Positions 30,447 through 40,731 of a stretch of DNA of 47,231 nt are shown one piece after another. Source of the stretch: Gallionella sp. UBA4737 (GTDB lineage: Bacteria; Pseudomonadota; Gammaproteobacteria; Burkholderiales; Gallionellaceae). Under the pieces are notes generated by a model. It did not search any database, was not told the origin of the DNA, and saw only the letters and a list, made by a program, of their open reading frames with translations. The position numbers and the translations under genes are program-made. Every line of letters begins with the position of its first letter. The first letter of the stretch is position 1. The stretch lies in the NCBI GenBank assembly GCA_002403995.1, contig DHIV01000103.1, positions 4,488 to 51,718 of the forward strand. The letters run 5' to 3'.

Positions 30447-31623
30447 TTTCCACCTTCGCCGTGATGCGCAAATCATTCCCGACCTGCCGTATATCCTGCC
30501 ATTTCAAGTTGATGCGCTGGTCCAGGCTGGTCAGCTCACCCAGCCGCGCGATGCCGCGCGCCATGTCGCCCAGCAACTGCGGCGCGACATACAGCAGCAA
30601 TTCATCCACCAGCCCGGCGCCCAGCATTGCGCCGTTCAGGATGCTGCCCGCTTCCAGCAGCACCTCGTTGCAGCCGCGCTGCGCCAGATCACGCATCATC
30701 GCCTCCAGCGCCACCTGTTCCTTGTCATCCGGCAGCACTGTCACCGCCACGCCCAAATCATGCAGCAGGGGAATTTTTTGCTCATCGCGCCGCGCGGTAT
30801 AAATCATCACATTCCCGCCTTGCAACACTCGTGCGGTCAGCGGCATGCGCAACCGGCTGTCCAGCACCACGCGCAGCGGTTGCCGCTCGGCGGCGGTTTG
30901 ATGTTCAATTGAAACTTCCGATGCGCAACCTGCCGCCTGGCCGCCCCTCCCGCACTCACGGGCTTCGCCCCACCGTGTCAGGGCGGCTACATCTCGCACG
31001 TTCAAGCGCGCATCGTCCGCCAGCACAGTATTGATGCCGGTCAGCACTGCACAGGAACGCGCCCGCCAATGTTGCACATCCAGCCGTGCCGCCTCGCCGG
31101 TGATCCACTTGCTGATCCCGTTCGCCAGCGCGGTATGCCCGTCCAGGCTCATCGCGATCTTGCTGCGCAGCCAGGGCGTGCCGCGCGTCATGCGCGCGAA
31201 AAACCCGGCATTCAATTCGCGGGCTGCCGCTTCCATCAGACCGCTTTCGACCGCGATGCCGGCAGCGCGCAAATTAGCGATGCCCTCGCCGGCCACTTTG
31301 GGATTCGGGTCCTGCACCGCGACCACCACCCGTGCGATTCCTGCGGCAATCAGCGCGTCGGCGCAGGGCGGGGTGCGACCGTGATGATTGCACGGTTCCA
31401 GCGTCACATAAGCGGTCGCGCCGCGCGCCGCCACACCGGCTGCGCTCAGTGCAAGAACTTCCGCGTGGGGTTCGCCGGCGCGCTTGTGCCAGCCTTCACC
31501 GACGATGCCACTATTCTTTACCAGCACGCAACCGACACGCGGATTGGGGCTGGTGGTGCAAAGACCGCGTTCCGCCAGACGCAGTGCCCGGGCCATCCAT
31601 ACGCTGTCCTGCGCAGTAAACAT
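30439..31623 (-). CDS. ribD: Bifunctional deaminase/reductase RibD, with an in-frame insert
   Basis: SPNPRVGCV, HAE, TLEPCNHHGRTPPC, SLDG, SKWITG, LLEAG. Confidence 0.97.
   Translation of the reverse strand: MFTAQDSVWMARALRLAERGLCTTSPNPRVGCVLVKNSGIVGEGWHKRAGEPHAEVLALSAAGVAARGATAYVTLEPCNHHGRTPPCADALIAAGIARVVVAVQDPNPKVAGEGIANLRAAGIAVESGLMEAAARELNAGFFARMTRGTPWLRSKIAMSLDGHTALANGISKWITGEAARLDVQHWRARSCAVLTGINTVLADDARLNVRDVAALTRWGEARECGRGGQAAGCASEVSIEHQTAAERQPLRVVLDSRLRMPLTARVLQGGNVMIYTARRDEQKIPLLHDLGVAVTVLPDDKEQVALEAMMRDLAQRGCNEVLLEAGSILNGAMLGAGLVDELLLYVAPQLLGDMARGIARLGELTSLDQRINLKWQDIRQVGNDLRITAKVENV
30932..30987. repeat. Palindromic element inside ribD, homologous to the ybeY insert
   Basis: Reverse complement of 30932-30978 matches 6869-6915 at 36/47 nt without gaps. 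Bounded by GCCGCC/GGCGGC. Confidence 0.8.
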
Positions 31624-31625
31624 GA

Positions 31626-32105
31626 CTATTCCACTTTTGGTTTCCGGCGTGCCGGGGACTTGCGCACCGCCTCGACCGCATCGGCAAAATCACCCACATC
31701 CTGAAAACTTTTATACACAGAGGCAAAACGGATATAGGCCACCTTGTCCAGTTTCAGCAACTCCTTCATCACCATCTCGCCGATCTGGCGCGAGCCGATC
31801 TCGCGTTCGCCGAGTGCGAACACCTTCTGCGTCACGTTATCTATGGCCGCGTCCACCAGTTCCGTCGAAACCGGGCGCTTGTGCAGCGCGCGCTTGAAAC
31901 TGGTGCGCAACTTCTCATCGTCAAATTCACTGCGCATGCCGTTCTGCTTGACTACCTGCGGCATGCGCAATTCCACCGTTTCATAAGTGGTGAAGCGTTT
32001 GTCGCACGACAGGCAGCGGCGGCGGCGGCGTATGCTGTCGCCCTCTTCGCTTTCGCGCGTGTCCACCACTTGGGTGTCGGGGCCTTTGCAGAACGGACAT
32101 TTCAT
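31626..32105 (-). CDS. nrdR: Transcriptional repressor NrdR
   Basis: [24 protein letters not shown] cone, [12 protein letters not shown]. Confidence 0.97.
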   Translation of the reverse strand: MKCPFCKGPDTQVVDTRESEEGDSIRRRRRCLSCDKRFTTYETVELRMPQVVKQNGMRSEFDDEKLRTSFKRALHKRPVSTELVDAAIDNVTQKVFALGEREIGSRQIGEMVMKELLKLDKVAYIRFASVYKSFQDVGDFADAVEAVRKSPARRKPKVE

Positions 32106-32112
32106 AAAGAGC

Positions 32113-32207
32113 AGTCGCAAGTCGCAAGTTGAAAGTCGCAAGTCAAAAGCCGCCGCGTTGCGGCGACAAAACCAACTAATGACTTACGTCTTACGCCTAC
32201 CAACTTA
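32113..32207. repeat. Heptamer tandem arrays flanking a small hairpin, between glyA and nrdR
   Basis: AGTCGCA AGTCGCA AGTTGAA AGTCGCA AGTCAAA (32113-32147); CGCCGC-GTT-GCGGCG (32151-32165); TGACTTA CGTCTTA CGCCTAC CAACTTA (32180-32207). Confidence 0.75.
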
Positions 32208-33452
32208 TGCTCCATAAACCGGGAACAGGGTGGTCAGCTTCTTCACTTCGCCCGTCACGCGCGCGATCACCGCATCGTCGGCCGGCGCGTCCAGCACATC
32301 GGCGATCAGAAGCGCGAGTTTCTCGGCTTCCAATTCCTTGAAGCCGCGTGTGGTCATGGCCGGGCTGCCGATGCGGATGCCGCTGGTGACGAATGGTTTT
32401 TGCGGATCGTTAGGGATGGCGTTCTTGTTCACGGTGATGCGCGCACGGCCCAGCGCGGCTTCGGCGTCCTTGCCAGTGATGTGCTTGGCTTGCAGGTCGA
32501 CCAGGAACATATGGCTGTCAGTGCGCCCGGACACGATGCGCAGGCCTCGTTCCTGCAACACCTTGGCCATAACCCTCGCATTTTCGATCACTTGCGTTTG
32601 GTAAACCTTGAATTCCTTGCTGGCTGCTTCCTTGAGTGCCACGGCTTTGGCTGCAATCACATGCATCAGCGGGCCGCCTTGCAGCGCGGGGAAGATTGCC
32701 GAGTTCAACGCCTTTTCGAATTCCGCCTTGGCGAGTATCAGTCCGCCGCGCGGTCCGCGCAGTGTCTTGTGTGTCGTGGTGGTGACGAAGTCGGCGATGC
32801 CGACCGGGTTCGGATAAATGCCAGCCGCGACCAAGCCCGCATAGTGCGCCATGTCCACGAACAGATACGCGCCTACGCTGTCGGCGATGGTGCGGAAGCG
32901 TTTCCAGTCGATCACCAATGAGTAAGCGGACGCACCCGCCACGATCATCTTGGGCTTGTGCTGCGTTGCCAAGGCCTGCACCTGGTCGTAATCGATCTCT
33001 TCCTGGGCGTTCAGGCCGTACTGGATGGCGTTATACAGCTTGCCGCTGATGTTCACCGACGCGCCATGGGTCAGGTGGCCGCCGTGCGCAAGCGACATGC
33101 CGAGGATGGTGTCGCCGGGCTTGAGCACCGAAACGTACACTGCCTGGTTTGCCTGCGAACCGGAATGCGGCTGCACGTTGGCATACTCCGCACCAAACAA
33201 GGCTTTTGCGCGATCTATCGCCAGTTGTTCTGCTACATCCACATACTCGCAACCGCCGTAATAGCGCTTGCCCGGATAACCTTCCGCATACTTGTTGGTA
33301 AGCTTGCTGCCCTGTGCCTCCATCACTGCCGGACTGGTGTAATTTTCCGAGGCGATCAGTTCGATGTGGTCTTCCTGGCGGCGGTTTTCGTTTTGTATGG
33401 CAGCCCACAGTTCCGGGTCAATATTGGAAATGGTGCTTTTGCTGGAGAACAT
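32205..33452 (-). CDS. glyA: Serine hydroxymethyltransferase
   Basis: [26 protein letters not shown] lysine in [13 protein letters not shown]. Confidence 0.98.
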   Translation of the reverse strand: MFSSKSTISNIDPELWAAIQNENRRQEDHIELIASENYTSPAVMEAQGSKLTNKYAEGYPGKRYYGGCEYVDVAEQLAIDRAKALFGAEYANVQPHSGSQANQAVYVSVLKPGDTILGMSLAHGGHLTHGASVNISGKLYNAIQYGLNAQEEIDYDQVQALATQHKPKMIVAGASAYSLVIDWKRFRTIADSVGAYLFVDMAHYAGLVAAGIYPNPVGIADFVTTTTHKTLRGPRGGLILAKAEFEKALNSAIFPALQGGPLMHVIAAKAVALKEAASKEFKVYQTQVIENARVMAKVLQERGLRIVSGRTDSHMFLVDLQAKHITGKDAEAALGRARITVNKNAIPNDPQKPFVTSGIRIGSPAMTTRGFKELEAEKLALLIADVLDAPADDAVIARVTGEVKKLTTLFPVYGA

Positions 33453-33849
33453 GACGGTTATTCCTAAAATAATGAAAGCGGGAAGGCTCGAATTCTACCA
33501 TGTTGCACAAATGAGCATGTTTCGACGAAGATGCGGATGGGTCGAAGAGACGCTAGGACTGGAACATGGCGGCAACATCTCCCTGGTGCTGGATGGCCGC
33601 AGCACTGTGCCATCAATCGCGCGTTACAGTACAAATCCTGTCCCGGATAATTCTGCGGCTGAAACGAGCGATGACGGGATTGAGTTTTAGTCGCGCCAAA
33701 TTTTTTCAGCCCGTGTAAACTTGGAAGAGAGCGGCTGGCAGAGGAACAAACTTGCCGAGGTTCTGCTCTTTACACTCCGGTGTACGCGCTGTGCGTTTGT
33801 GCGGAAAGTTTCGGGCGGGATTATTTTCGAGGTATTTTTAGGATGTTTT

Positions 33850-34725
33850 ATGGACTCTGACCTTCAATTTGGCGAAGGGCGCGATCGAGAATTTGTATTC
33901 ACAGAGAAAGACTTCAAGCGTGTGTGCCAATTGATTCATGAATATGCCGGCATATCGCTCAAGCCCTCCAAACAGGACATGGTGTATAGCCGTCTTGCGC
34001 GCCGTCTGCGGGCGAAGGGGATCGATAATTTCCGGGATTATCTGGCATTGCTGGAAAGCGATAATGGGGTCGAATGGGAGGCGTTCGTCAACTCGCTCAC
34101 TACCAACTTGACATCCTTTTTTCGTGAACCACACCATTTTCCACTGTTGGCCGAACATGTCGCGAAACAAAAGGGGCAGCACCCGATTACCCTGTGGTGC
34201 TCGGCAGCTTCAACAGGTGAAGAACCGTACTCGATGGCGATGGCGATGGTGGATGCATTTGGCAGCTTCACGCCACCCGTGACCATTGTCGCCACCGATG
34301 TGGATACCCATGTGCTCGCCAAAGCTGAGGAGGGTGTTTATCCGGCTGAACGCGTTGAAAAACTTTCTGCCGGAACGATAAAACGATTTTTCCTCAAAGG
34401 GGCCGGAGCACAATCAGGTTTTGTGCGGGTAAGACCTGAATTGCGCGCCATGATCACTTTCCGGCAATTGAATTTGCTAAGTGATGATTGGTCAATCCGC
34501 GGACCGCTGGATGCGATTTTTTGCCGCAACGTGATGATCTATTTCGACAAGGAAACGCAGCTCAAAGTCCTGCAGAAATTTGTGCCGTTATTGTGCCCGG
34601 AGGGTCTGCTTTTTGCGGGGCATTCGGAAAATTTTCATAATGCCGCGCACTTGTTCCGGTTGCGCGGGAAAACGGTGTATGAGCTGGCAAGGCCAAAGGT
34701 TTATGTACAACAGCCGGCCAGATGA
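33850..34725 (+). CDS. cheR: Chemotaxis methyltransferase CheR
   Basis: LTTNLTSFFREPHHF, STGEEPYS, ATDVD, IFCRNVMIYFD, GHSE. ATG at 33850. Confidence 0.96.
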   Translation: MDSDLQFGEGRDREFVFTEKDFKRVCQLIHEYAGISLKPSKQDMVYSRLARRLRAKGIDNFRDYLALLESDNGVEWEAFVNSLTTNLTSFFREPHHFPLLAEHVAKQKGQHPITLWCSAASTGEEPYSMAMAMVDAFGSFTPPVTIVATDVDTHVLAKAEEGVYPAERVEKLSAGTIKRFFLKGAGAQSGFVRVRPELRAMITFRQLNLLSDDWSIRGPLDAIFCRNVMIYFDKETQLKVLQKFVPLLCPEGLLFAGHSENFHNAAHLFRLRGKTVYELARPKVYVQQPAR

Positions 34726-34766
34726 TCCGGCTATATAGATGATGAAGCAGGAAGGAAAAGTTTGCT

Positions 34767-35381
34767 ATGACAAAACATGGCTTTGAAGAAGTTCTCTCGC
34801 CGCATTTGTATTTTGACCGTGAACATAATACCGATGCGGCCAAGATACTGCCTGGGGAATTTTATGCCACCGGGCGGGAAATGGTTTTGGTTACCGTGCT
34901 GGGTTCCTGTGTTTGTGCCTGCATACGTGACAAGGTCAGCGGAATCGGCGGTATGAATCACTTCATGCTGCCTGACAGCGGCCAGGATAGAAGCAACCCG
35001 CTTGGCGAGTCGGCGCGCTACGGTATCTACGCCATGGAAATATTGATCAACCAGTTGCTGAAAATGGGTGCGAAGCGCAGTAATTTTGAGGCAAAAGTGT
35101 TCGGCGGGGGCTCGGTGCTGCGCGGGTTCACCGTTGCCAATGTCGGCGAGCGGAATGCCGAGTTCGTGCTGCAGTTTCTGAAGACGGAAAAAATTGCGGT
35201 CGCTGCGCAGGATTTGCTGGATATTTACCCGCGCAAAGTGTACTACTTCCCCGGTACCGGGCTGGTCAGGGTGAAAAAGTTGAAACAGGTGCATAACGAT
35301 ACCATCATCATTCGCGAAGCTGAATACAACACGCGCTTACAGTATGCCAAGCTGGAAGGCGATGTGGAGTTGTTTGGTTGA
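34767..35381 (+). CDS. cheD: Chemoreceptor glutamine deamidase CheD
   Basis: TVLGSCV, GGMNHFMLP, AKVFGGG, NVGERN. Confidence 0.96.
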   Translation: MTKHGFEEVLSPHLYFDREHNTDAAKILPGEFYATGREMVLVTVLGSCVCACIRDKVSGIGGMNHFMLPDSGQDRSNPLGESARYGIYAMEILINQLLKMGAKRSNFEAKVFGGGSVLRGFTVANVGERNAEFVLQFLKTEKIAVAAQDLLDIYPRKVYYFPGTGLVRVKKLKQVHNDTIIIREAEYNTRLQYAKLEGDVELFG

Positions 35382-35436
35382 TTGAAGAGCAGGTTTGTAG
35401 CGGTGTGCGCAAATAATTATCTGAACAAATGTGAAT

Positions 35437-36510
35437 ATGAACACTAGAAAGATCAAGGTTCTGGTGATCGATGACTCCGCGTTGATTCGTGGCGTTTTGA
35501 AGGAGATCATCAATCGCGAAACCGATATGGAGTGTGTGGGCGCGGCGCCTGATCCCCTGGTGGCGCGCGAATTGATCAAGGCCCTCAACCCGGATGTGCT
35601 GACGCTGGATGTGGAAATGCCCAAGATGGACGGGCTGGATTTTCTGGCGCGGCTGATGCGTCTGCGTCCTATGCCAGTGTTGATGATATCCACTTTGACG
35701 GAAGGAGGCTCTAACATCACCTTCCGCGCACTGGAATTGGGTGCGGTGGATTTTGTGGCCAAGCCGAAACTGGATATTGCCCGGGGCATGGAAGAATATG
35801 CCATCGAGATCACCGATAAAATCCGCGCGGTTGCCCAGGCACAGGTCCGCAAAAAAATAATCGACCCGCTAATCCACGAAAAATTCTCTGCTGATGCGAT
35901 TTTGCCCAGCGCCAAAGGAAGATACTCTTCCACTGAAAAGCTGATTGTCATCGGTGCATCAACCGGGGGAACCGAAGCGATCAAAGAGGTATTGAACAAA
36001 CTGCCTGCGGATGCGCCCGGTGTTCTGGTTACCCAGCACATGCCGGAGCATTTTACCAAGTCGTTTGCAGACCGGCTGAACAGCCTGTGCAAGATTTCGG
36101 TCAAGGAAGCGGAGCATAACGAGCGGATTCTGCCAGGCTTTGCATACATCGCACCGGGGAATTCACACTTGCTGATCAAGCGCAGCGGGGCGCGCTATAT
36201 GGTCGCGCTGAATCAGGGGCCGCTGGTGAATCGCCATCGGCCATCGGTTGATGTGCTGTTTCGTTCGGCGGCCAATGTTGCCGGCGCCAATGCGCTGGGT
36301 ATCATTCTAACCGGCATGGGGAAAGACGGCGTGCAGGGCATGCTGGAAATGAAGCAGGCCGGTTCCCACACCATTGCCCAGGACGAGGCGAGTTGCGTTG
36401 TTTTTGGCATGCCGAAGGAGGCGATCGCGGCGGGCGGAGTGTGCGAAGTGCTTGCGTTGCAGAATATTGCGCGCCGGACTATGGAATATTTGTCGTCGCG
36501 CAGCGACTAG
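35437..36510 (+). CDS. cheB: Chemotaxis methylesterase response regulator CheB
   Basis: Receiver domain (TLDVEMP), [30 protein letters not shown] at 35437 (GTG at 35431 also possible). Confidence 0.97.
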   Translation: MNTRKIKVLVIDDSALIRGVLKEIINRETDMECVGAAPDPLVARELIKALNPDVLTLDVEMPKMDGLDFLARLMRLRPMPVLMISTLTEGGSNITFRALELGAVDFVAKPKLDIARGMEEYAIEITDKIRAVAQAQVRKKIIDPLIHEKFSADAILPSAKGRYSSTEKLIVIGASTGGTEAIKEVLNKLPADAPGVLVTQHMPEHFTKSFADRLNSLCKISVKEAEHNERILPGFAYIAPGNSHLLIKRSGARYMVALNQGPLVNRHRPSVDVLFRSAANVAGANALGIILTGMGKDGVQGMLEMKQAGSHTIAQDEASCVVFGMPKEAIAAGGVCEVLALQNIARRTMEYLSSRSD

Positions 36511-36555
36511 TATTGGCTGGTCTGGCCATGGATAAATCGCCTTGACAAGCCGCCC

Positions 36556-38121
36556 CTACCTTAACAATTTGATATTGGATTCGATGGAAGCCGGCCTGGC
36601 GCCAGGCATGAAGGATAAGCTGCCGGGCTGATTTTCCCAATGACTCGTTTCGGTTTCGGGGATCTTGAATTTTTCCACGGCCTCCGTCAGCTTTCTGGTT
36701 TGGTCATGCACCGATGAGGCAATGGCCATGGCTTCTTCGACCAATGCGGCATTTTGCTGAGTCATCTCATCCATTTGATGGATCGCCTCGTTTACCTGCT
36801 CGATGCCTTCTTTCTGTTCGGCTGATGCAGCCTGAATCTCCGACATCATTTCAGTAACGCGGGCTACCGCTTTGACGATATCCTGCATGGTTGTGCCGGC
36901 CTCCTTGACCAGTTTCGTACCGCTGCTTACCTTGTCGACCGAGTTTTCTATCATTGCCTTGATCTCCTTTGCGGCAGCTGCCGAGCGTTGCGCCAGGTTG
37001 CGGACTTCCGTGGCTACGACAGCGAAGCCGCGTCCCTGCTCGCCGGCGCGGGCCGCTTCGACCGCGGCATTCAGGGCCAGAATATTGGTCTGGAATGCGA
37101 TGTCCTCGATGACTGAGATGATTTCACCGACCTTCTTTGAACTGTCGTTGATCAAATTCATCGTGTCAACAACTTGCCCGACAACCTTGCCGCCCTTGAC
37201 GGCTACGCCTGAAGCTTCCCGCGCAAGCTCGTTAGCCAGACGCGAATTATCCGCGTTGTGGCCGATCGCGGTGGTAAGTTCAGTGATGCTTGCGGAAGTA
37301 TTTTCCAGGCTGGCCGCCTGTTGTTCGGTTCGGACTGACAGGTCGGTATTGCCGCTCACCATCTCATCGGTGCCGGTGGTGATCTGCTGAGATGCCGAGC
37401 GCACATCGCCTACGATCATGATAAGCGCCTCATTCATTTCGAATAAAGCCTGTTGCAACTCCCCGATTTCATCATGGCGAAGCACCTCGATATCACTCGT
37501 TAAATCACCTTCTGAAACATGTCGTGCGGTCTTCACTGCCGAAGCAAGAGGCCTGGTGACGTCGTTGACCAGGCGGCGGATGATGAAAACGAGCAGCAAC
37601 AGCGTGGCCATTGCCACATATATCGATACCTGGTTTTTATGCCGCGTCGCCTTGGCGTCATCAGAGATCAGTTCGGATATTTGCCCCTTGATTTCTCCTA
37701 TCTTGGCGGTCAGCGCCGTGTCGATGAAGTTAATGTCGGATTTGAACGGCGTGATCGAACTGATCGAATTTGCCGCAGCAATTGCGGATTGGAGCTTTGC
37801 CAGAGCTTCATCTGCGGTTGCAATGTCGCTGGAAGGGGACGCCGCCAGGAGTTTGTCCACTGTCACTTTGGTGGCGGTGAGGGAGTCCAGTGTTTTACTG
37901 CTGATAGTCCCGGTATCGACGGCATCGACCAGGCCATTCAAAAAATTCTTGTAACCGGCTGATGACTGCAGGCTCAGGTCATAGATGCCCATTATTTTGT
38001 CAACTCTTGCCGGCAGGTCGTTGGTTGATAACATTTGGTAGGAAAATACGATCGCAAGCGGCAACACCGCGATGAAAAACTGCAGATACATGCGCTGTTT
38101 CAGTCTCAATGTGGCAAACAT
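36556..38121 (-). CDS. Methyl-accepting chemotaxis protein (2 TM, periplasmic sensor, HAMP)
   Basis: TM1 and TM2 flank about 145 aa; HAMP DEIGELQQAL; IAFQTNILALNAAVEAARAGEQGRGFAVVA hairpin tip. Confidence 0.96.
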   Translation of the reverse strand: MFATLRLKQRMYLQFFIAVLPLAIVFSYQMLSTNDLPARVDKIMGIYDLSLQSSAGYKNFLNGLVDAVDTGTISSKTLDSLTATKVTVDKLLAASPSSDIATADEALAKLQSAIAAANSISSITPFKSDINFIDTALTAKIGEIKGQISELISDDAKATRHKNQVSIYVAMATLLLLVFIIRRLVNDVTRPLASAVKTARHVSEGDLTSDIEVLRHDEIGELQQALFEMNEALIMIVGDVRSASQQITTGTDEMVSGNTDLSVRTEQQAASLENTSASITELTTAIGHNADNSRLANELAREASGVAVKGGKVVGQVVDTMNLINDSSKKVGEIISVIEDIAFQTNILALNAAVEAARAGEQGRGFAVVATEVRNLAQRSAAAAKEIKAMIENSVDKVSSGTKLVKEAGTTMQDIVKAVARVTEMMSEIQAASAEQKEGIEQVNEAIHQMDEMTQQNAALVEEAMAIASSVHDQTRKLTEAVEKFKIPETETSHWENQPGSLSFMPGARPASIESNIKLLR

Positions 38122-38243
38122 CCTGTTACTCCCGGTTCGGCAATGATTTTTGGCATAAGGAACTTAACAAGGAATCCTGCCAATAACCATGTTGGCTATT
38201 GGCAGCATGAATCCCATGAAGATTGGATCAATTGTATTCCCGG

Positions 38244-38642
38244 CTATTGAATGACCTTTACCCCGGCAGGCGCAGAAGAAGCGTAGCCGATCGCGCCCGA
38301 TGTTCGTTTGATATATTCGATCACCTCGGCATCGCCCGACTTCACGGCTGGCGGGGTCAAGCCGTCGCGGAATGATTTCTTCGTCCATATGCCATTGTAT
38401 TTGGCGGCATCCATGTGCATGACCTGGGACAGGAAGACGCTTTGCATTGCCGCATTGTCAATTACAACCAGCTTTGTGCTGCCGGCAAACTGCTTTTCCC
38501 CGAGAAATATATCCCTTACTTCGTCAGCGGAGACTGATACATCCGGATTCGCAATGACGACGACGCCCGCCGCATTCGCGAACTGAGATGCCAGCAACAG
38601 AAATATGGCCGCAGAACAAACCCTGAAAATTAGTGATTTCAT
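38244..38642 (-). CDS. Small exported protein resembling a truncated phosphate-binding (PBP2-like) domain
   Basis: Signal peptide; VVVIANP, EVRDIFLG, W.K..F..G..PP, EVIEYI...GAIGY. Confidence 0.8.
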   Translation of the reverse strand: MKSLIFRVCSAAIFLLLASQFANAAGVVVIANPDVSVSADEVRDIFLGEKQFAGSTKLVVIDNAAMQSVFLSQVMHMDAAKYNGIWTKKSFRDGLTPPAVKSGDAEVIEYIKRTSGAIGYASSAPAGVKVIQ

Positions 38643-38663
38643 AATTATCGATCCCCCTTAGGC

Positions 38664-39965
38664 CTAGAAGCCGATTGCGTATTGTATGTTCAGACTGCGG
38701 TAACTAAGCGCAGTTCTTCCTAATTCTTCCTTGAAACTCGAGTTCATCAGCTCGAGTTTCAGGGCCGCCTTCGGGCTCACGTTATAGCGTAATCCCAGTG
38801 CCTGCCTGGCGTAGGATTGGCCGTTTGCCTGCATGCTGAAATAATTATCGCTCTGGTCCAGTATCGTTCTTTCCAGGCGGACATAAGGAGTCCATGCATT
38901 GAAACTCACGCCTGCCTGGACGTAGCCCGCCCTGCTCTTGTGCTTGAGGCCGGTCGCCTTGTCCTTGTCGTTGAAACCATAATATTCGCCCATGATTTCC
39001 CAGTCATTGGACAGGTAGACCAGGGAGCCGCCGCCCGTATTCAGATTGGTTGTATTAAGAGCGGCTGGTGTCGCGTCATAGGCGTTTACATCACCATTCA
39101 ACCAATGCACAGCCAGCCTCAGGCCGTCCAGGCGGCCCGAGAATTCATAACCCAGGTTCAATCCGACCATGGCACTGTGATTGTCATCGCCGGCAATATT
39201 GGGATCCAGTCCGCCACCCTGATAAGCAGTTGGGGGGTTCAATGATGATGCGGTGGTCGCGCCTACGATTTTTGGACCATTCCCCATATACCAGTCGTAG
39301 GTGAATTTTCCTTTGCCCGCCCTGGCCTTGCCCGTGCCCCATATTCCTAGCATGTGGGCCGGCAATATCCCGCCGCTATCTTCAAAGTCAAGGAAACGCG
39401 GTCTGAGAATAGAAGTTTGCAGTTGCGCTCCGTGATGAAACGCGGTGTTCCAGTATCCATAGGGGGAGTGGAATCGCCCCCCCCAAAGCGTCGCGGTATC
39501 GCTGAAGGTATAGCCTATCTGCAGACGTTCGATATCGACATTAACGGTACCATCCATCTGGCTCACCTCAAAATTCGGTTCAGCCAGGGCCACGACCCTA
39601 TCGCCAAAATGCGGCGCCATATAAAAGGATAGCCTGCCTTCGTAAAAGCCTCTCGGATTGGCGACATTCGGATTGGCCACTGCATTCTTTCCCTGGCTGT
39701 TGGTCGCATACCCGACATCCATAAAACCGTGCAGGGGCATTCCCGCGCTGCTGCTGGATTGATTCACCAAACCGGAGGTCATCTGGGAAAGCTGATTTTG
39801 GATAGCCTCGAGCTTCTGCTGCATGATTTTCATTTGTTCGGCATCTGTTGCTGCATAGACCGGTGCGGTGATGAACAGACACCCCCCGATTATCGATGCA
39901 CTCAGCAAAGTCGATGCTTTCCATTGCTTGGCGTGTTCAATGCCAATATTCAGTTTGTCTGCCAT
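38664..39965 (-). CDS. Putative outer-membrane porin-like beta-barrel with an N-terminal coiled coil
   Basis: GGAGG RBS before ATG 39965; signal ending VYA; coiled coil EQMKIMQQKLEAIQNQLSQM; LHGFMDVGY, GRFHSPYGYWN; amphipathic strands and terminal Phe (QYAIGF). Confidence 0.8.
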   Translation of the reverse strand: MADKLNIGIEHAKQWKASTLLSASIIGGCLFITAPVYAATDAEQMKIMQQKLEAIQNQLSQMTSGLVNQSSSSAGMPLHGFMDVGYATNSQGKNAVANPNVANPRGFYEGRLSFYMAPHFGDRVVALAEPNFEVSQMDGTVNVDIERLQIGYTFSDTATLWGGRFHSPYGYWNTAFHHGAQLQTSILRPRFLDFEDSGGILPAHMLGIWGTGKARAGKGKFTYDWYMGNGPKIVGATTASSLNPPTAYQGGGLDPNIAGDDNHSAMVGLNLGYEFSGRLDGLRLAVHWLNGDVNAYDATPAALNTTNLNTGGGSLVYLSNDWEIMGEYYGFNDKDKATGLKHKSRAGYVQAGVSFNAWTPYVRLERTILDQSDNYFSMQANGQSYARQALGLRYNVSPKAALKLELMNSSFKEELGRTALSYRSLNIQYAIGF

Positions 39966-40170
39966 TATGTGATCCTCCCCAAGATTTATGCCTATTCGGA
40001 TGTTGCGAGCAGCACCCTGCTTTTTCATTTACACGCTCCGAAGACACCTTAAGATGCCCAGTTTTTATGCTACCAGCATTTTCCTGTGCCGGGTGTACAT
40101 TTTCATATCGGCAATTGGCTGTGAACATATTCAAATTGTGCCACCAGTCACGGACAGCTACAATGCCGCC

Positions 40171-40731
40171 ATGCCTGACTTCAATTTGACCCACCACTTT
40201 CTGATCGCGATGCCTGCCATGCAGGAAGGGGTTTTTGCGGGCACGTTGACTTACATATGTGAACACAACGAGAATGGTGCGCTGGGCATTGTGGTGAATC
40301 GCCCGATCAGCCTCACCATGGGCGAGATGTTCGATCAGGTCAACATTCCCTTACACCAGCCAAAGCTCGTGAAGTTGCCGGTGTATTTTGGCGGCCCAGT
40401 GCAAACCGAACGCGGGTTCGTGTTACATGACACGCTGGGGAACTGGGAGTCCACATTACGCATCAACGACAAGCTGGCACTGACCACTTCCAGGGATATT
40501 CTCGAGGCGATAGGCATAGGGCAGGGGCCGCGCAATATGATTGTCACACTGGGTTATGCAGGCTGGGATCAGGGGCAACTGGAGCATGAGATAACCGAGA
40601 ACATCTGGCTGACCGTACCGGCTTCGGAACATATTCTGTTCGACTTGCCGCCCGAAGAACGCCTGCCTGCAGCCATGGCCTTGCTCGGGGTGGATTACGG
40701 TTCGCTGGTGGAGGATGCGGGGCATGCCTGA
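40171..40731 (+). CDS. yqgE: YqgE/AlgH family protein
   Basis: [41 protein letters not shown]. Confidence 0.95.
   Translation: MPDFNLTHHFLIAMPAMQEGVFAGTLTYICEHNENGALGIVVNRPISLTMGEMFDQVNIPLHQPKLVKLPVYFGGPVQTERGFVLHDTLGNWESTLRINDKLALTTSRDILEAIGIGQGPRNMIVTLGYAGWDQGQLEHEITENIWLTVPASEHILFDLPPEERLPAAMALLGVDYGSLVEDAGHA

Noticed and set aside
33511..33690. Short ORF upstream of cheR (GGNISLVLDG...SDDGIEF) as a che gene remnant
   Set aside because: Resemblance to CheA or CheD tails is limited to a few residues and is not significant without a search.
33453..33849. Riboswitch (ZTP, glycine, THF or FMN) ahead of the glyA-rib operon
   Set aside because: No conserved aptamer motifs are visible, and a TAGAAT -10-like element lies close to the glyA start.
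40076..40131. Sigma54 or sigma28 promoter for the porin cassette
   Set aside because: The GG..GC spacing is 11 nt, not 10. GCCGATAT is a good sigma28 -10, but the matching -35 is poor.
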